A stretch of DNA of 64,000 nucleotides from Dimorphilus gyrociliatus (Eukaryota > Animalia > Annelida): NCBI GenBank assembly GCA_904063045.1, contig CAJFCJ010000006.1, forward strand, positions 4,542,408 through 4,606,407. Reading direction: 5' to 3'. Shown here piece after piece: positions 62,052-64,000 of this stretch. A program made the position numbers and the translations under genes. Numbering within the stretch: the first letter of the stretch is position 1; every line of letters begins with the position of its first letter. The notes beneath the pieces are model-generated. The model saw only the letters and a program-made list of their open reading frames with translations. It searched no databases and had not been told where the DNA came from.

Positions 62052-64000
62052 TTAGTTAAGTTCGTATAAACAAATATAAGCATCCGATAAAATTCTAAGA
62101 ACGTGTTTTGGCAGTAAATTATCGTTTATGGACTCCTCAATCTCTTTTCCTGGTTTATTCAACCATTTCCCAACGTCTTGGAATTTCTTTACCCACGGAA
62201 TATTGAATCCGAAGCGGTCTCTTAAACATGATACTCTGTCGGCCATACTATCTTGAAATAACCATGGATCGTCAACATTTTTTCCACATCGAACAAAACT
62301 GACATAATGACTTGTACTTATACAGATTACACTCTTCAAGTTCATATAAATGGGAGAGCTCAAGCTTCCTTCAACATTTTTGTCAAGACAATTACTTTTA
62401 TGGTCAGTCCTTTCCCTGTGTGAGTGAACCTTCTTATTACATTCATCACAGTATGTAATCCGATCATAAAGATTATCTGCAAATAATATAGATTTTAAGC
62501 AATCCTTGCACTTCACCTTAGCAGCAGAATCACATATAGCACACTTATGCTCATAATTAATTAATAATGGAGTAATATTGATTTTTAAGTCTGGAATAAC
62601 ATATTTTTTTGATTTTTCAAGACCGCTTCTTGGCATTTGTACAAGAAGTCCTTTCGGCGGTGTTTTTAGACTAATATCATTTTTCAAAAATGTTATTCCG
62701 AGAAGTTCACTCAGTTGAGGTGGATCATTTGCATTCTCTGTTTCTGTAATATTAAAAATGTTCATTTTTTCCATTGTATTTATCACTAGTAGAGGTTCTA
62801 TTTTCACATAGGAAAATAGAAAATTTATAAATTCTTCAGGATCCTGTTCTTCTTTTAACAAGCCTGGTAATTTACCATTGGACATATTATTTAATTCCTC
62901 TCTCAGTTGATAAACATAGTCGGCTCTTACCCATCCATACTTTCTTACTGTTGCAATTATTGCTTTTAGTTGTAATTGAATGGGATTCGAAGTTTGTTCA
63001 CAAAGGATAGGTTTGAACACGTCGCTGAAAACAAATAGAGAAAATAATGCTGAATCCAAATAACAAGAGTTGCAATATCCTTGTATTCCTCGATATTTTC
63101 CAACAACAGTCCTGTCGATCTCTTCTAGAGGTATAGTAGGCACATATTCATCTGTGACAAGAGGAGAATCAAGTTTTCCAAAAGGGTATTTTTGGCACCA
63201 TTCGAGACTTTCATTATCAAAAGTTCTCCTATCTTCAAATAATCCACCTTCGTTATAAAAAAAAGCTTTATTAGGAGGGCAAGTAAAAATTTTTTTGCCT
63301 AGAAACTCTCCACTTGAGCAACCAGGAAACGTATCTTCAACTTCTATACCTACTGCTTTTTTAGATGATGAAGTCAATTTACCCTTCCAGCGAATAACTC
63401 CGAAGATAGGTTTAGTTTTGAGCTTTATTTTTACCCTCGATCCAACATCAAATTTCGGGAACTTCTCCACTAATGGATCATAGTTAGGATTGTTATATAA
63501 ATCTGGCTTAGGATTATTTGGTTTTTTCTCTGATTCATTTTTGTTTGAAATAGATTTATCAATATTTAATTGACTTTCAGAAGTTGGATAATTTACTGGT
63601 TCTTCACTGCAAGGTGCAAGACCGATGAGGGGTACGAAGGAAGCATGATTTTCTTTAGCAGTAAATAACTTTTCGTTCTTGTATGCCCCAGTACCACTAC
63701 CAACTGGTCTATCAAATTCAACCCCAACCATCCATGCTTTACTTGGTTCTTTTTTCAGTTTCCCAAACCATTTTACCGTTCCATATTCGTTGCCTGTATC
63801 GCTTGGCCACATCACTCTAGTCCCAATATTTAGAGCTTCTTTAAATTCAGGTACCTTTGCTTCAATACTGATTTGATCAGCAGTTACAAATAGACCTAAT
63901 TGTTCTGTACAAGTAAAATAGCCGACACCATTTGTATCCCCTTCCCCATAAAAGTCAAGTGAAAGTTCAACACCAAACCATACACCAAGTTTATTTTTCA
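62052..64000 (-). CDS. CYLD: CYLD deubiquitinase (CAP-Gly repeats, USP with B-box), 5'-truncated by window edge, no intron in visible part
   Basis: Frame open to base 64000. CAP-Gly motifs WFGVEL, VGVEFDRPVGSGTG and VGIEVE..GCSSG; catalytic NSCYLDS, TSHYVSF and DSMADR; B-box CAIC..CKDC..YCDEC..VHSH. Confidence 0.95.
   Translation of the reverse strand, partial: KNKLGVWFGVELSLDFYGEGDTNGVGYFTCTEQLGLFVTADQISIEAKVPEFKEALNIGTRVMWPSDTGNEYGTVKWFGKLKKEPSKAWMVGVEFDRPVGSGTGAYKNEKLFTAKENHASFVPLIGLAPCSEEPVNYPTSESQLNIDKSISNKNESEKKPNNPKPDLYNNPNYDPLVEKFPKFDVGSRVKIKLKTKPIFGVIRWKGKLTSSSKKAVGIEVEDTFPGCSSGEFLGKKIFTCPPNKAFFYNEGGLFEDRRTFDNESLEWCQKYPFGKLDSPLVTDEYVPTIPLEEIDRTVVGKYRGIQGYCNSCYLDSALFSLFVFSDVFKPILCEQTSNPIQLQLKAIIATVRKYGWVRADYVYQLREELNNMSNGKLPGLLKEEQDPEEFINFLFSYVKIEPLLVINTMEKMNIFNITETENANDPPQLSELLGITFLKNDISLKTPPKGLLVQMPRSGLEKSKKYVIPDLKINITPLLINYEHKCAICDSAAKVKCKDCLKSILFADNLYDRITYCDECNKKVHSHRERTDHKSNCLDKNVEGSLSSPIYMNLKSVICISTSHYVSFVRCGKNVDDPWLFQDSMADRVSCLRDRFGFNIPWVKKFQDVGKWLNKPGKEIEESINDNLLPKHVLRILSDAYICLYELN

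Noticed and set aside
1-64000. tRNA, rRNA, CRISPR arrays, intact transposons, and the many 60-100 aa ORF-track entries antisense to or spanning introns of called genes
   Set aside because: No cloverleaf, rRNA, repeat-spacer, TIR/LTR or transposase/RT signatures were seen. The short ORFs are shadows or intron read-throughs.

Overview
AT-rich, very gene-dense metazoan nuclear DNA: about 23 protein-coding genes in 64 kb, mostly with ~50-60 nt GT-AG introns. The gene set looks lophotrochozoan, and this compaction resembles the miniature annelid Dimorphilus gyrociliatus (inference only). In order: 3' end of an unidentified gene, GK5, INTS6, an LRR-FN3-TM receptor, a coiled-coil gene with an RFX-like box, two or three orphan ORFs, CCDC93/SC5D, a divergent non-alpha/alpha nicotinic receptor pair, an intronless PAN-CTLD-TSP1-TM receptor, a small spliced ORF resembling a Ty3/gypsy Gag (Arc-like) capsid C-lobe, ZDHHC23/LSM3, an SLC23 transporter, a membrane-anchored VWDE-like protein, CLINT1, WDR1, cyclin J, E93/LCoR, REC8 and an intronless CYLD running off the window end. 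Top leads are the candidate domesticated capsid gene, the nAChR pair with reciprocal binding faces and an L9'F gate, CHHC in place of DHHC in ZDHHC23, degenerate substrate motifs in SLC23, and a double palindrome in the E93/REC8 shared promoter. No tRNA, rRNA, CRISPR or intact mobile element was seen. Gene models and homologies were assigned by eye without searches; exon boundaries are approximate.
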